DNA of 64,000 nucleotides from Phoronis australis. Its lineage: Eukaryota; Animalia; Phoronida. The notes beneath the pieces are model-generated. The model was not told the DNA's origin, did not search any database, and saw only the letters and a program-made list of their open reading frames with translations. Below, in pieces: positions 1 through 12,881 of this stretch. The stretch is from NCBI GenBank assembly GCA_002633005.1, contig NMRA01000117.1, positions 1 to 64,000 on the forward strand. Reading direction: 5' to 3'. The translations under genes were made by a program, and so were the position numbers. How positions within the stretch are numbered: position 1 is the stretch's first letter; the number at the start of each line of letters is the position of its first letter.

Positions 1-2792
1 AAGGCACTAATCACGACTGACGGACTCAGGACTCTGTCAGCGTCATACGACCACATCATGGTCAGTCTCCGCAAGGATTCGCGCCGTTCTTCATTTTTTG
101 AGCCAACGTAGAAATATGCGTGATGCTAGATTCTTCAGGAAGATTTGCAATATTTGTTAAAATTATTGTACATTGATTTATTTGCTTTAGTATTTCAGAA
201 CGTCAATGATTTTGACGTTTTGGGGCCACGACGTGTCAAATAAACTTGACTAAAATACCCGTCGTGATGGATAATTAAAACATTAATCAACTGAATTAGC
301 CCAAACTTGTGTCGACGGCGCTGCCGAAATCACAAAGCACTTCGAAAATTATAATTACTAAGTGGCCATGGGCCCGGTCACCTGCCAGGTGGCTCGGTCC
401 TCCCTCAGCAGCATGCCAAACATTACTCAGTCGTGGCACGTACATCCATTAATCCGAACACACAATTTTGTAAAAATTTCATCAGCTAAATTTCTTCATA
501 CATGGTTGGATAGGAAAAAACCCAAGACTTGCATAATTTATAAAAATCTGACTGCCGTCATGATCAGATAGTGGCTATCACGGGCCGGTCCAAATTGCGT
601 CAGCGGTATTGGGGCCAGGGCGTCGTAACTATACACGGGAATCAGTTGTATTTTCACTCACTCCCTTGTTTCGACCTGCACTGCTGCTGCTTTTACCGAG
701 TACTCGAACCTCGGACCAATGAGCTATACCAGGAGTTTTGCTGGCTATTGAAACCGTTTCTACTCCTCTCCTGGTATAGCTCATTGCTCGGACTAAGTGT
801 CGAAGTTGGTGACGCAGGCCTACTTCAATTAGCATGCTGTGTCACAAAAACGTACAGAGCGGGGCGGCGGCTACGAACCCCGGCTTCTACGACAAATTTA
901 AAAAACAGACAACTTGTCTATCGTTAGGAAATTGGCCTCACATCCTATAGTAGTTGGTGATTTCTGCACACTAGGGCTTCGGCGCTTGGAATGATGCAGC
1001 CTCAAAGCTGGCGGCCATGCCACTGGCTCCGATCAGCCAGGGCGAGTCATGCCCCGAGCATACATGGTTTCAAGGAACAACGAGCTGCCACTTCTTTAGC
1101 AAACACAGAGACTGGGTGCGTAAGTTACAAGTTGAGACCAGTTTTGTAGCCCGCGGTAAGTGGTCTACTGAAATCTAAAATTTACGTAAAAATGAAAATC
1201 GAATTATGTGTTACTACTGTAGGCTAACGTCATAGGGCTCTAAAGTTCTTACCAGCACCAAAACATGAACTCGAAAGCAAGAGGGGTTAGTAAAACGTCG
1301 AGAAGAATATCGCACACCGTTTGTAAATGTATTTTATACCAATGCGTTTTTCCAGAAAATCCACGATTTTTGCTCCAGCTGATTTCGCGGCTTAGTCAGC
1401 TAATAAGCTTTAGCGCAGACGGCTAGCCCATACGTGCATGTCTTTAACTACTATACCTATTCATTCTAAGAGGAAATTGGTGCAGTCACTAAGGCCCACA
1501 ATATGAAAGTTGAGCAACATTTGCCCTCTCGAAACACAGTGTGCCAAAAATCATACTCCGCATACTTCAAACGACAAAACTTGTTTTGTTTATTGACTAA
1601 CGACCAGGATTATTGTTTAATTCGTAAAGAGGTGATCAAGGGCTAAATTTTCAAATCAAAATATATGCATGGTTTTGTCAAGTTAATTGGGAAAGAAGTT
1701 GTCTGCATTTCCTTGACGTGTTTGAGTTTTCAGAATCCTACCTTTCTCCTGTAAAGCCGAGTCCCTTGTTAGCCATTCCCCTGCAAACAAAGCAGGCAAC
1801 AGCTTATGCACACTTTCACAGCAAGAGGAGTAGGCTAACCATACAGTACACCCGGGTGTACAGCATGATCCACCGGAACTGAACTTGGAGACACGGCGAT
1901 GAATAAATAAATATATTTTGGTGTTTAGTTTTAATGCACGTCAACACTGAATTGCCACGCTGTAATGGATTTCAGGCTTTACCAATTAAAAAACACATTT
2001 AATTTACCATTTTACTAAAATTTACGGTTTTACTCAAGTGTTTCGCATACAGGCGCCTGTACGGCAATTTCCTCTTATTTCGCACAAAATAATTATATTT
2101 CCCCGATAACACAGGCGTGTCAAATAAACTGAATACACAGACTTCCTAGTTGACCAGTGTGCGCCTAAATTGAACCAGTAACCAAGTTTCACCAACTGTT
2201 CGTGTCGGTGCGAGTTAGAAATTCGGCCAAAGGATTGGCAGTGCCAGTTAGCAGAAATTAAATTACTTTATCCTGTTCAAATATAAGAGTATTTTATGCA
2301 TGCTTGTTCAAACATTCTGAGCCCATCCAAGTCACACCTTTCACCTAATATTCACAATACCAGATATCTTCAAATTAGCAAATTATGGAACCCCCTGAAC
2401 ACACTTAAAGAGGTGACTGGTATTGGTATTTTCCAAAGTGCAAAACTGACTGTTGTGATAGAGGTGAGAGAAGAAATTCCCACCAAGCAGTTGTGCGAAA
2501 TAACAGAGGTAACAATATTATTATTCTACATAATTTTGGGCATGCAGAATGTGGTGAGCGTGCTACATAAGTGAAGAATTACCGTACTTAATTCCAGATA
2601 AAGGGCACACATAGGTCCACGTACTGGGGGAACCTCAATATTATAGATGATCCAGAGCGTCAGAAGCTCACCAGATGAGTCAACGCACAGTTTACAATTA
2701 AAAAAATTGGGAAAATATTGTTGGTGAATGAGCTGAAAATATACACTTTTACCTTTTAAAATGAGAAACATTTATTGCAGCTGTTGATAAAT

Positions 2793-3022
2793 CAGGGCTT
2801 GGAATGACCCATGACAAAAAAGAGGAAAATTTTTCAGGTGATGTATGGTTTTAGAAAAAAATAGGCTTATGTGATAGAATTTTTTGTGTTGTAAAATGTA
2901 GGTACAAGAACGTTTTTGCAAGAATGTCGAAATAATGATAAAAAGGAGGAAACTGGAAATCAAATAAGAGGAAATCGAAACCAAAAGACAAAAATCTATC
3001 AAGAAGAAAATTCTGAGGCTTG
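2793..3022. mobile_element. Non-autonomous hAT-like MITE with 6-bp TSD (same family as 49906-50105)
   Basis: Starts CAGGGCTTGGAAT and ends with a degenerate TIR (ATTCTGAGGCTTG). ATAAAT flanks both sides (2787-2792, 3023-3028). Its left part is similar to the reverse complement of the right part of 49906-50105. Confidence 0.7.
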
Positions 3023-3052
3023 ATAAATGTCAGTTAAATCAAACATTTAAAA

Positions 3053-3800
3053 GGTAGGTGTATACACTGATCAAATCTCCAGGTTCCTAACTAAAATGAG
3101 TAAAAAGGGAGTTTTAACTAGTTAGACATGATTCTGAAAGTGACAAAAATCGAAAAAAAAAGTTTTTTTTGTAGTTCGTTTTTTTAAAAAATCGTATTTT
3201 TTAATTTTCAAAAAATCCAATTTTACCTAGAATTTTTTTTCAAAATACACAGGGATCATCATCAACTGTTTCCTTACGCAATATTCTACTTATCCATACC
3301 AAATATATGTACAAAATCATTATGATCTTGATTGTGTGGCATTTTTTGTGTGTGAGTTGGGGCAAGCACGACACTTTTTGTCATTTGGTCACTTTCCGTC
3401 TAATAACTAAAAATCTGGTCCATTTATCAAAAAACCCTGGCACGCGATTTTAGTTCAGTCCTAGAGGATTTAAAATTTGCAACTTTCGTAAAAATTGACC
3501 CACGTGTTGTGGAAAAATAGGCCCGAGAATCTTGTCACTATCCTGAAATCACGAGCCGAGAAAAACGGCTTTGAAGTTAAGCGGTCATCGATTGCCACTT
3601 GAGATCAAATTTCGTTCAGAATGCGTGGTCATTATGTTCCAATTTTTGTTGAAGTACTAGAAATAAAGCTGATATTTACTTCATATTTAGAAANATGATT
3701 TTATTTTTCTTCAGTATACTGTGCATCAAGAATTAAAGATTAGGATGATATGAAAATGTAAAAAACAGTCAAAATTTATTTTTTTGTGTATCCACCTACC
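3053..3800. mobile_element. Non-autonomous Kolobok-like DNA transposon
   Basis: TIRs GGTAGGTGTATACAC / GTGTATCCACCTACC with RR...YY termini. TTAA lies immediately right (3801-3804) and TTAAAA left. No ORF. Confidence 0.65.
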
Positions 3801-5682
3801 TTAAGTGAGGCGAAAAACATTGTATTTCACAAGAGCATTTGGGAAAAATAATGTCTCCATAAAGTAGCGCAAGAAATGAGATTGAACTTCACCAATAAAT
3901 TTTGTGCAAACTCACAAGGAAGCTTACCAAGTTCATAAGAGGCAGAATCCCCTTTTGCATATACAATATGTGAATATGAAAAATACATTACATGAATTAA
4001 TAAACCTGTATCAGGGGATAGAAAATAACTCTTACCAAAGGAAAGACCTTGACTACACACTACAAACCTGTTACCCTGTACAAAAAAAAACTTACCACGT
4101 AACCTGAACTCAAATCACATTCAGAGAGGTGCACATCCCAGTTTCTGTTCATCACTTGCACTTGAATTGTCAACGAACAGAGTGACAGAGTGCAACTGGA
4201 GTTCCAGTATTATGTGGTAAGGGTGATCTCAAACACCTGTGTGTTCAACTGATGAGATATTCCCTAGCTTCCACTAAGGATCTAGTTGTACTAACATTAC
4301 AGTACTTTAACCACGACTTGCACAGTCACATCAGAAACAAAACAAATCAGACATTTCTTGCAACAATACACAAACACACAAAAGCCCTCACCAAATCCTC
4401 CCTAAAATACTGTCAGTTACAATGGATTATTTCGAGGAAAACAGGCATGCTTATCAGGCAAATAAATGACAACTTAAAACACTCAACATCAACAATCTGT
4501 CCTAGCTACTGAATTTATGCAGATAAATAAGTCATTTTCATCTGTACTGCAGAGAGGCATTTTTCCACTCCTCTCACGTGCGTTTACAGAAAAGAAAATT
4601 AACAGTCAGGGTCTCAGTTAATCCTCTTGTCATGAAGAAAACAGATTGATAAAGATATGGCTACCTTGCTGACAGAAAATCTTCATAATCGATGTAAGAT
4701 ACAGCAACTTTTCATGTTATTTTCATAAAATTTCTTTATCTGTTAAGCCATTCCTAATCACAAACAATGACTTGAATGGATAAAATCAAGATAGTTTACG
4801 GATGTTGAAAAACTACCACTATGGCCTGTAACCTCTTTGATGTAATGAAATATGAAGTGAGAAAACAAACAGAACAAGCTTACAATTCAGTTACAATCTA
4901 CAGTTAATTTGTTCAACAGTTTATTTACAAAGCGACCAATGCAGAGTTGTATGCACCAAATGCAGTCCTAATGCCTATCAATTGGTCATTGGTCTAAGGT
5001 AATAAAACCAACGCAACAGCGATTCAGGAACTCAGGCAGACAATGTTTGCAGTGCGACAATGTTCGAGTAGGTCGCAAGGTCGCGTTTTTGCTTAGAAAA
5101 ATTGTTAATTTGGTTTTTGATGAGCTAATCACACCACATACCCATGGTGTTTACCTTAGACTGTTATGTTACTCTCAGGTGTGGCAATGGATTATGTAGT
5201 GGATAGACATGTGGAGACAACTCCTTGTGCTCTACATTATATGTAGTTTTCTATATAGTGGAATATTCGTATCAACCATACTTCATCTATTTATTACCCT
5301 GCACACCAATTTCAATCTATAAAAATCTACTAAAAAGATTCAAAATTCAGAGGAAGTGAAATATGCCGAAGTGACCAAAAACACCTTAAAGAATGTAATA
5401 CCTCACTTTAACAGTAAGAATGTGCCAACCTCTAGGCCAAATCTTTTCCAACATATATCTGCTATGAGCAAGGCATATCTGAACAAGAGTAACACTGGCC
5501 ACTAAGTGAAGATTCCAACATATCTATGCATAATGTTATAAATCTCTGTATTTTCCAATGCGTGCATGTTTGCCTCAACATTTTTGGAAGTTAGGCCCAA
5601 ACTGACATAATGCTTTCAGTGCAGCAATGTTAGCACCGGCTTTCAGGCATTACGAAGGCCAGAGAATGTGCGTTTTGTAGCT

Positions 5683-8600
5683 TTAAATGGAGAAAATCAG
5701 TTTATTGTCCGTACTGTCCTTTACAATCCGTCGCAGCCGAGATGTGTCCACATTGTCGTGACTGGTACATCCTGTCATATCCAATTCCTTCAATTTTGAG
5801 AACCGTAGAAAGCTCATGATCGTCCCAAATTCAAAGTAGTTGTTCCTGAAAGAGAAAAAACACCATTAGAAACTTATTCCTACAAATCTAACAATTAACA
5901 ACATTTGAAGAAATCGACTTACATAGATTTAGAACATTTGGTTTGTACAACAATGGAAATTTCTTGATTCAGTCTCACATTTTTTCTACTTACTATTGAC
6001 TTGCACAAAAATACATATAAAGAAAATGTCCGTGCACGTGTGTTTCATTGAGCAATATTGCTTAGGAGTAGCATGGATTAAAGGTATATAAACATTTTAA
6101 GAGTAGATATTGTTTGCATTAGAGACAAGACTTCACGGATAACCATTCCTGAAATAGGTAAGACCATCATGCATTAATTCTTGACCAAAAACTATAGGAA
6201 TGCCTACTCGGTCTGATCATGGGTGCATTGAACTGACGCTACCTAACGGTAGTAACCTTGGCCATTTGTCTTTCAAAGAATTTTTGCATGTCAAATTCAT
6301 TACTTCCAGGCTTAGGAAAATATAGAAAGTATAGTCCAGGGCTTTCACTTATCAATCACTGCAAATTTCAGTTTGTACATTTCTGCAAATAACATTTTAG
6401 AGTAATTTTACTGGCTTCAGCCACAGGTGTATCCGTTACTTTAACGGCCAAAAAGATCTTGGATGACCCACTTTAAAACCAGGTGATGCTCTGATAGACA
6501 AGTGTCTACAATGTTCAGCATGACACATCTAGGAGTACCATTTCTGGTATTATGCTTCGAATAAAATGAATAACTAAAATGGTATTGAGGTGATGTAGTA
6601 ACAATTAAAAGCTATCTGTCTGTTTACACCAACCTCTAGCCTATTTACATTACCAGGGCTTATGTAAATAGCTCAGAAGTTGGTGTACATAGATCAATAG
6701 ATTTTAAAAAATGACGCACTTCATACAGTTACACTAGTACATCCCAAAGCTAACAAGAGCAAGATGCAGTGTTGATATGTACGTACCTTGTACATGGCAA
6801 ACAGTAAAGAAGTGATGACAGGTAATTAGTAGTTAAAGTGGCAACTAGGCAGTGCAGCAGATGTTTAATTTATATTCAGCAGGTGGTCCACATGGCTCAG
6901 TGGACTCGAACGTCTGCATAATTAGCAGTAGGTCCTGGGTTCGAGTACCGGTAGGGGGAGCAATCTTTTCGGATTTATTTTCATTGGGTCACGGGTGGCA
7001 TGCTGACCAGACTTAAAAATGTTCACAGACGCATATACATTTCCACACCAGTTTAAGAATTATTTATTTATATACATTCTGGATTTTCAGGGCGAGATGC
7101 CCACTACTAAGTCTGATTGGATTTCTGTATTCGACCAGTGGTCCCGATTGTTCAGTGGACTAGAGTGTCTGCACGGTTAGCAGAAGGGTCTGAGTTCGAG
7201 TCAAGGTTGGGGGGAGAAACCTTTTCAGACTTATATTCCTTATGTCAGGTGATTTGGCCACAGGTGACATGCTGAACAGACTTAAAATGTTTGCATGAAG
7301 TTCAATTTATTCAATAACAATGATAGCCACGCAATCCTCAAAAACTAAAACTAGTCAAAATTTCATGAAAATTCATCAAGTAACTTGGTAGACATCAAGT
7401 CAAATGCAAAGACTAAAATTGTCACTAGGAGGCATAGCAGTTGATGTTTTCGCCCAAAAATCAACTCAAACCACACAATTCATAAGTGAAGAAATACCAT
7501 ATTCAAAAAAGTTTACCGGAAATAAAATGTCTTCAGGTTCGGCAAGATGTTGGGAAAGCTCTCCACCAGCATACAGTTAATCTCAAAAACGCCATCTAAC
7601 TCCAAGTGCTCAATATTCTGTCCGAATTTCTGCAGGAACATAGAGAAGGCTTTTGTACTGGTCATACTGCTAAGAGAGATTCGTTTCAGCGTACTTGGAA
7701 GATGTGATAGAATGTTAGGACTGTCTTCCACATCTGAAAAGCAATTGAGTTCCACTTATAAATTAATATTACTTAAGATATCAGATAAAACAGATGAGAT
7801 AGCAGCATAACTAACATTGTGCATTTCCACATTGGTTGATCTGATCATCCAAAACTTACAAGAAAGTGCTCTTTGTGCACAGGGTGTTACTGGGAAAAAA
7901 ACATTAAGGACTTGACAAGCAAGGGTACAAGTTGGTAAGGTAACAGTCACAGTATGCTTTGCATGATCAATTTCAGTTCACTAAGCTGGAGTGTGTTTGG
8001 TCTTGGTACAAAGATCTATAAGCATATAGCTTTGGTTGGGTCTGATTAAAAAGTGAGCGAAATACATTCTGACAGACAATTGATGTCTTTAAAGACTGAA
8101 TTTCTTGTAGAAGTAAACTTAATAGGTTGCAGGTGCTAGAAGTTGCGTTGCTTTTATTCTGCTGCTAAAGTTGTGGACCAAACATATTTGTCTGGTTTGA
8201 GAGCAAATTTTTTTGTCGACAACTCTTCAATCAACTGTTCTTCTTACACAAGGTTGCACACAACTCACAACAAATTGTCAGCTTTGATTTCACTTTGTTT
8301 TAGCATTTTATTTCCAGAAAACCAAATTTGTGAGCAAAATTTGCTTTGGTGGTGTTATCACCATTTCCTGAAAGACATGGCAGAAGTGGTATGTTTTGAA
8401 GTCTACGTCTAAATGGAATTAAAACTTGTAGAATCAAAATTCTTAGTTACAAAATTAGGAGAGTGGAGCAAGAAAATGGCATTAGTTGGGCTATGTAAAT
8501 GGTTGTAACGGACAAGATATCAGTTGACTCGCAGATTTGGCATGCATTTCTGTCGGTTGAGAGCTCTATATGTGGATACAAGCTTCATGACAATGCAAGG

Positions 8601-9889
8601 AGTTGAAGTACCTGTGTAATTTCAAGAAGAATATAAATATACCGGTAAATTTAAATGCAGCAGCATCAGTTCCTAGCTATATTTTGATACTAATCTACAC
8701 GTATACAGCTAGCAGACCCGACTAGAGTGCATTGCGCATTTGGCCTCCAGGAGCCATGTATTTTGTGTAGATTAGATCTGAAACAAAGTTTTCAAATTGA
8801 TGACTATTCACCTAGAATATCTACACACAAAGAACAAGCATGATTATCACAACTTCTCAGTGGAGAAGTGGATAGTTCCCCAATTTTTTATGAAAATCTT
8901 TAGCTTTTAGGGTAGTGTTCTTCGAACAAATGAGTGCCATGTGACCCAACATTCTGGTGAGAAAAGTGGCGACATGTTCAAGAATTGATAACATTAAAAA
9001 TAAAACGTATACACTTACGTCGCAGCGTTACCTCTGTTAATGAAGACATACCCTCAAAGAAATTCGAGTGATGAGAGATCATGGACAAACAATCCATTAG
9101 TGTAAGAGACTGGAGCTGTGACATGAAACGTAGCCGCGTTGGAGCACTGTTAAACACAGCTTTCTCAAGATGTAAAGTTCTCAACTTCCTCAATGTTGCT
9201 TCCTCGCACGATGCAAACAAAGCCTCGCAATTTGAATGAGCCTCAAATCGATATCGGAGATGTTTTACACCACCCAAGCATTGGATTACATTACTGGCAG
9301 CCCTAGCTAATACACGGGCTTTATCCCACTCAAGTCCCATTATAGACCATTGCAAGTTGAGTGACAGTTTTTCTAGATTTTTTAGTTCCAGCAGAGGCTG
9401 CAGAAAAGCATTGCACGATCCTAAAAATGACCCTTTCAAAGTCAGTCTGAGCAGTTTAGCATTGAGCGTTTTCAAGGGATCCAAAGATGTTTCTCGCGCA
9501 TTTGTGAATCCTAGGTCAATCTCAACGAGAAGAGGAAGGCTTTCACTACTGGATAAAGACTTTAAAGATGATTCTTTTAGATTGTCAATGTGCACTTTGA
9601 GACGGGTGATATTGGGCAATTTGTCCAGGATGAAAGACAAATTTGCTGGATTGCATTTCTTCTGATTAAGATTAAGAACACTTCGAGCTTGTAGCCGTTT
9701 CCAGAATTTCTGTGACAGTTTCTTGGGAAAGCGTATTGTTACCAGTCGTTTACTAACTCTCTCCTGCTGAATAACCAAGTTGCGGAAGCACTTGTTGACC
9801 AACGACAGGCTGTGCCAGGAGCCAGAACCAGCAAAACCAACGATGACGAACCAGATCTCAGCAGGTACATCAGTCCATATGGTTACCAT
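5683..9889 (-). CDS. F-box / leucine-rich-repeat-like protein, about 433 aa. Predicted coding exons 9889-9019, 7889-7860, 7754-7517, 5845-5683
   Basis: N-terminal F-box motif WTDVPAEIWFVIVGF...SLSLVNKCFRNLV, followed by LxxLxL repeats (LKNLEKLSL, LRKLRTLHL, LQSLTL, IEHLEL, LKELDM). All junctions are GT/AG with compatible phases (1,1,2), summing to 1302 nt and ending in TAA. An acceptor at 9900-9901 implies an upstream 5'UTR exon. Confidence 0.8.
6883..7297 (+). mobile_element. Two tandem copies of a tRNA-derived SINE (about 6883-7027 and 7138-7297) in an F-box gene intron
   Basis: Each has an A-box-like (TGGCTCAGTGG / TTGTTCAGTGG) and a B-box-like (GGTTCGAGTAC / AGTTCGAGTCA) motif, plus a shared tail (CATGCTGA(C/A)CAGACTTAAAA). 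No intact acceptor stem. Confidence 0.7.
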
Positions 9890-10537
9890 TGTCGACACCC
9901 TGAAGTAGAAATAATTTTTCTCACTGGTTATGGTTCCACCCTTATTCACTCAACCCAGTGTGCTGAAGATGGATGAAATTCATAGAAATCATGCGCGCAC
10001 CCACTCGCAGGGGGGTGGGGGCTCCAATAAGCCCCCTCCCCATTTGGGTAAGTGAGTGAAAAGGTCTGCCTCAGAGAAACAAAACTCCGAAAAATATTAA
10101 AAAGGATACAAAAGTATACTAAAAGGCAGCAACTACCAAAATGCGGTGAATGCACAATTCATAGCTCTAAACGTACCCTGTGAATCTTTTTTTTTTTATT
10201 CTCCCAGTTCAACATAAGCAAGGACAAAGGTCTGGGATTCCCTTGCCTTATTTTACAATTCAATGAAATTAAAGGCGAAGACAACCTTTTTCCATGTCAT
10301 TTTGAGCTAAAATAAGGTTGGTTGGTTATCCTAGACATATTTTCCACTTAATTATAGCTTTTCGTAATTTTATTAATTACTCGTCCGCTATTCCGGAAGT
10401 GACGTTTTAGGAGGCAAGCATTTCGCGCCAATTTCTTTTCATATAGTCTGGCTGTGAGAGCTGCCGATTCAGTCATTTTTCTACCTCGGTTGTGTTAAGT
10501 TCCGTCGTCGTTTTCTTTCATTTACTAGTCAGTCAAC

Positions 10538-10779
10538 ATGCCACACCGTTGGTGCGTACCGGGATGTACTAATTATCGGCTCACGCGCGCTTTTGGAGTA
10601 CCTTTGCATCGCTTTCCGATGGATGACACACTTCGCCGTACTTGGCTCGTTCGTGTGAAGAACGCAGCGTTACCCGTCCACGCAACGTACAAAGCAGTGG
10701 AGAATTACCGTGTGTGTGGCAAGCACTTTCTGCCGTCCGATTACGAAAGGGATTTGTACGCTGAACTGATGAAGGTCCC
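10538..10779 (+). CDS. THAP zinc-finger N-terminus of the putative Kolobok transposase (truncated by gap)
   Basis: MPHRWCVPGC...LHRFP...RRTWL...RVCGKHF matches the C2CH THAP signature. The frame runs into Ns at 10780. Confidence 0.8.
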
Positions 10780-11152
10780 NNNNNNNNNNNNNNNNNNNNN
10801 NNNNNNNNNNNNNNNNNNNNNNNNNNNNNNNNNNNNNNNNNNNNNNNNNNNNNNNNNNNNNNNNNNNNNNNNNNNNNNNNNNNNNNNNNNNNNNNNNNNN
10901 NNNNNNNNNNNNNNNNNNNNNNNNNNNNNNNNNNNNNNNNNNNNNNNNNNNNNNNNNNNNNNNNNNNNNNNNNNNNNNNNNNNNNNNNNNNNNNNNNNNN
11001 NNNNNNNNNNNNNNNNNNNNNNNNNNNNNNNNNNNNNNNNNNNNNNNNNNNNNNNNNNNNNNNNNNNNNNNNNNNNNNNNNNNNNNNNNNNNNNNNNNNN
11101 NNNNNNNNNNNNNNNNNNNNNNNNNNNNNNNNNNNNNNNNNNNNNNNNNNNN
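10780..11152. other. Assembly gap (N run)
   Basis: Run of Ns. Confidence 1.
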
Positions 11153-12881
11153 CTAAACAATCCCTAAATCCAACGTAGTTGAGTTCTCTACTAACCTATC
11201 TTGCCGCAGAATACTCGCCGATGGAAAGTGGTGGCGACAATTGGTGAAAAATAGCACAAAACAGAAGTAGAATAGAACAGATTCGCACAGTAAACTCAAT
11301 GCAAAACCAAGTGGCGGGAAACGCTTGCCTCCTAAAACGTCACTTCCGGAGTAGCGGACGAGTAATTAATAAAATTACGAAAAGCTGTAATTAAGTAAAA
11401 AATATGTCAAGGATAACCAACCAACCTTATTTTAGCTCAAAATGACATGGAAAATGGTTGCCTTCGCCTTTAAAGTTTACTAAGTTAAATGTATACTTGA
11501 ACCGGATTTTAGAAATACATTTAAAGAAAAAAAACATACAAGACAGTGTAGTCGTATATTGCTCTGAAAAGGGGAGATAGTATTTTGGAATGATAAAATA
11601 GCCTTACATTGCTATTAAATTATGCATTTGTGACCACCTGTTTGTAAATTTTTCTATTTGAAAATTTTTTGAATAAATATATTTTTCACAGGAGTAATAA
11701 CTGTTAATTTCTTTCATTAATATAATTAAATTTGGAGGTTTACCATTGAGACGTTGCTTATATAAATGGAACTTGCAAAAGACACAAGATTAAATTTTGA
11801 ATTGGCTGCCTTCTACATCTGTTTCCTAAGAAAACTGAGAGTACATTTGTACCCAGCGAGATAATGGGTTTTTTTCTAACTCAATCTTCAACATTGTTCC
11901 GAAAATTTTGAACAACATCACATTGCCAGTATAAGTGAAGCAAAGTCTCAGTTTCACTCTTACAAAAGGTACACAAGGGGGAGTTACTGATCCCAATTTT
12001 GACAAGATAAGAGTTACAGCTGACTATACTATGTGACAGTCTAAATTGAAACCAACGAAGTTTTACATCAGGTGTTACCCTGTGAATCTTAGTAAAAAGT
12101 CCACAATCTCAAAAATTCGAGTCCCCCATGCCCCCATATTTAGGCTGAGTGCGCGCATGGAAATTCAGTAGTGATTGAACGTCTGATCTTCAATGACAAT
12201 AGACTTGGGGGGTAAACATCTAAGTGCCTAGACAACGGACAAATTCCAAAAAACAACAATAACAGAATCAATTAGGGTATATTCTCATCAATATAGCAGT
12301 GGAAAACTGAAAATTTTATTTTATCTTTTTCATGAACAATATACAGCACCAAAGTCACACTTTAACATTTCTGAATTTCTGAAGTGCAACAACTATTGCA
12401 CAATTGATAGCACTCAAAACAATCAGAAGCCGTAGAAAAATGAAACACGACGAGCCAATAATTAAAGGTCCCTGTGCTTAGCGGACCAGCTAGCCTTGGT
12501 ACAGAGCTGTACAAATAAAATATATACCTGCGAAACATCAATAGCCGAAATACCCCAGGGCAAAATCTGCCCAGAGTGACCCCACACTATTTTTGATATC
12601 CTTGGTCCCCCAAATAATGACTCAGCCCAGACAGAACACAAGTACAGTGCAGAAAAGATATGTTGCTGGTGACTACAAGGACATAGTGTATAGTAAAGCA
12701 TGGATTGAGTTCAGTGCCCGAATAAATCCTCGAAGTGTCTGGGTCTGAGTTTAGCTCCGCCGCTACCTACGTGTCAAGGCGGTCAGAGGCTGTGCTCCCA
12801 GACTTGCTGCGAACGGAGCAACACACAAGTGGTACCTAGCTATTTTAGACACCTACATTCCCTGTGGCCCACCATATAGCA

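Larger units (their letters stand above)
10273..11469 (+). mobile_element. Kolobok-superfamily DNA transposon (spans assembly gap)
   Basis: About 155-bp high-identity TIRs (10273-10430 vs 11312-11469), AG...CT termini, perfect TTAA TSD (10269-10272, 11470-11473), and an internal THAP-domain ORF. Confidence 0.85.
10189..12075 (-). mobile_element. 5'-truncated L1/Tx1-clade LINE, interrupted by a Kolobok element
   Basis: 15-bp TSD TACCCTGTGAATCTT (10174-10188, 12076-12090). AATAAA plus poly(A) at the minus-strand 3' end. The minus strand from 12075 translates KLRWFQFRLSHSIVSCNSYLVKIGISNSPLCTFCKSETETLLHLYWQC, matching the ORF2 C-terminal CCHC (zf-RVT-like) region. Confidence 0.85.
9990..12159. 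mobile_element. hAT-like MITE, outer element of a nested insertion
   Basis: TIRs CATGCGCGCAC / GTGCGCGCATG flanked by 5-bp direct repeat GAAAT. A related uninterrupted copy at about 53640-53803 spans the point where the LINE inserted. Confidence 0.75.

Noticed and set aside
1-2300. Short ORFs and scattered inverted motifs at the window start
   Set aside because: No recognisable domain and no TIR/TSD pair I could define. Probably TE fragments.
6883-6960. tRNA-like sequences at 6.9, 7.1, 21.2 and 54.6 kb as real tRNA genes
   Set aside because: A and B boxes are present, but acceptor and anticodon stems do not pair and unrelated tails follow.
7756-7758. In-frame stop suggesting the F-box gene is a pseudogene
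   Set aside because: The stop falls inside a plausible 105-nt GT-AG intron.
9890-9949. Longer N-terminus of the F-box ORF (MNKGG...)
   Set aside because: It crosses a polypyrimidine/AG acceptor at 9900-9901. The ATG at 9889 directly precedes the F-box.
10741-11167. ORFs of 209 and 139 aa spanning the N run
   Set aside because: Their length is an artefact of the gap. Only the first about 80 codons of the plus ORF are real.
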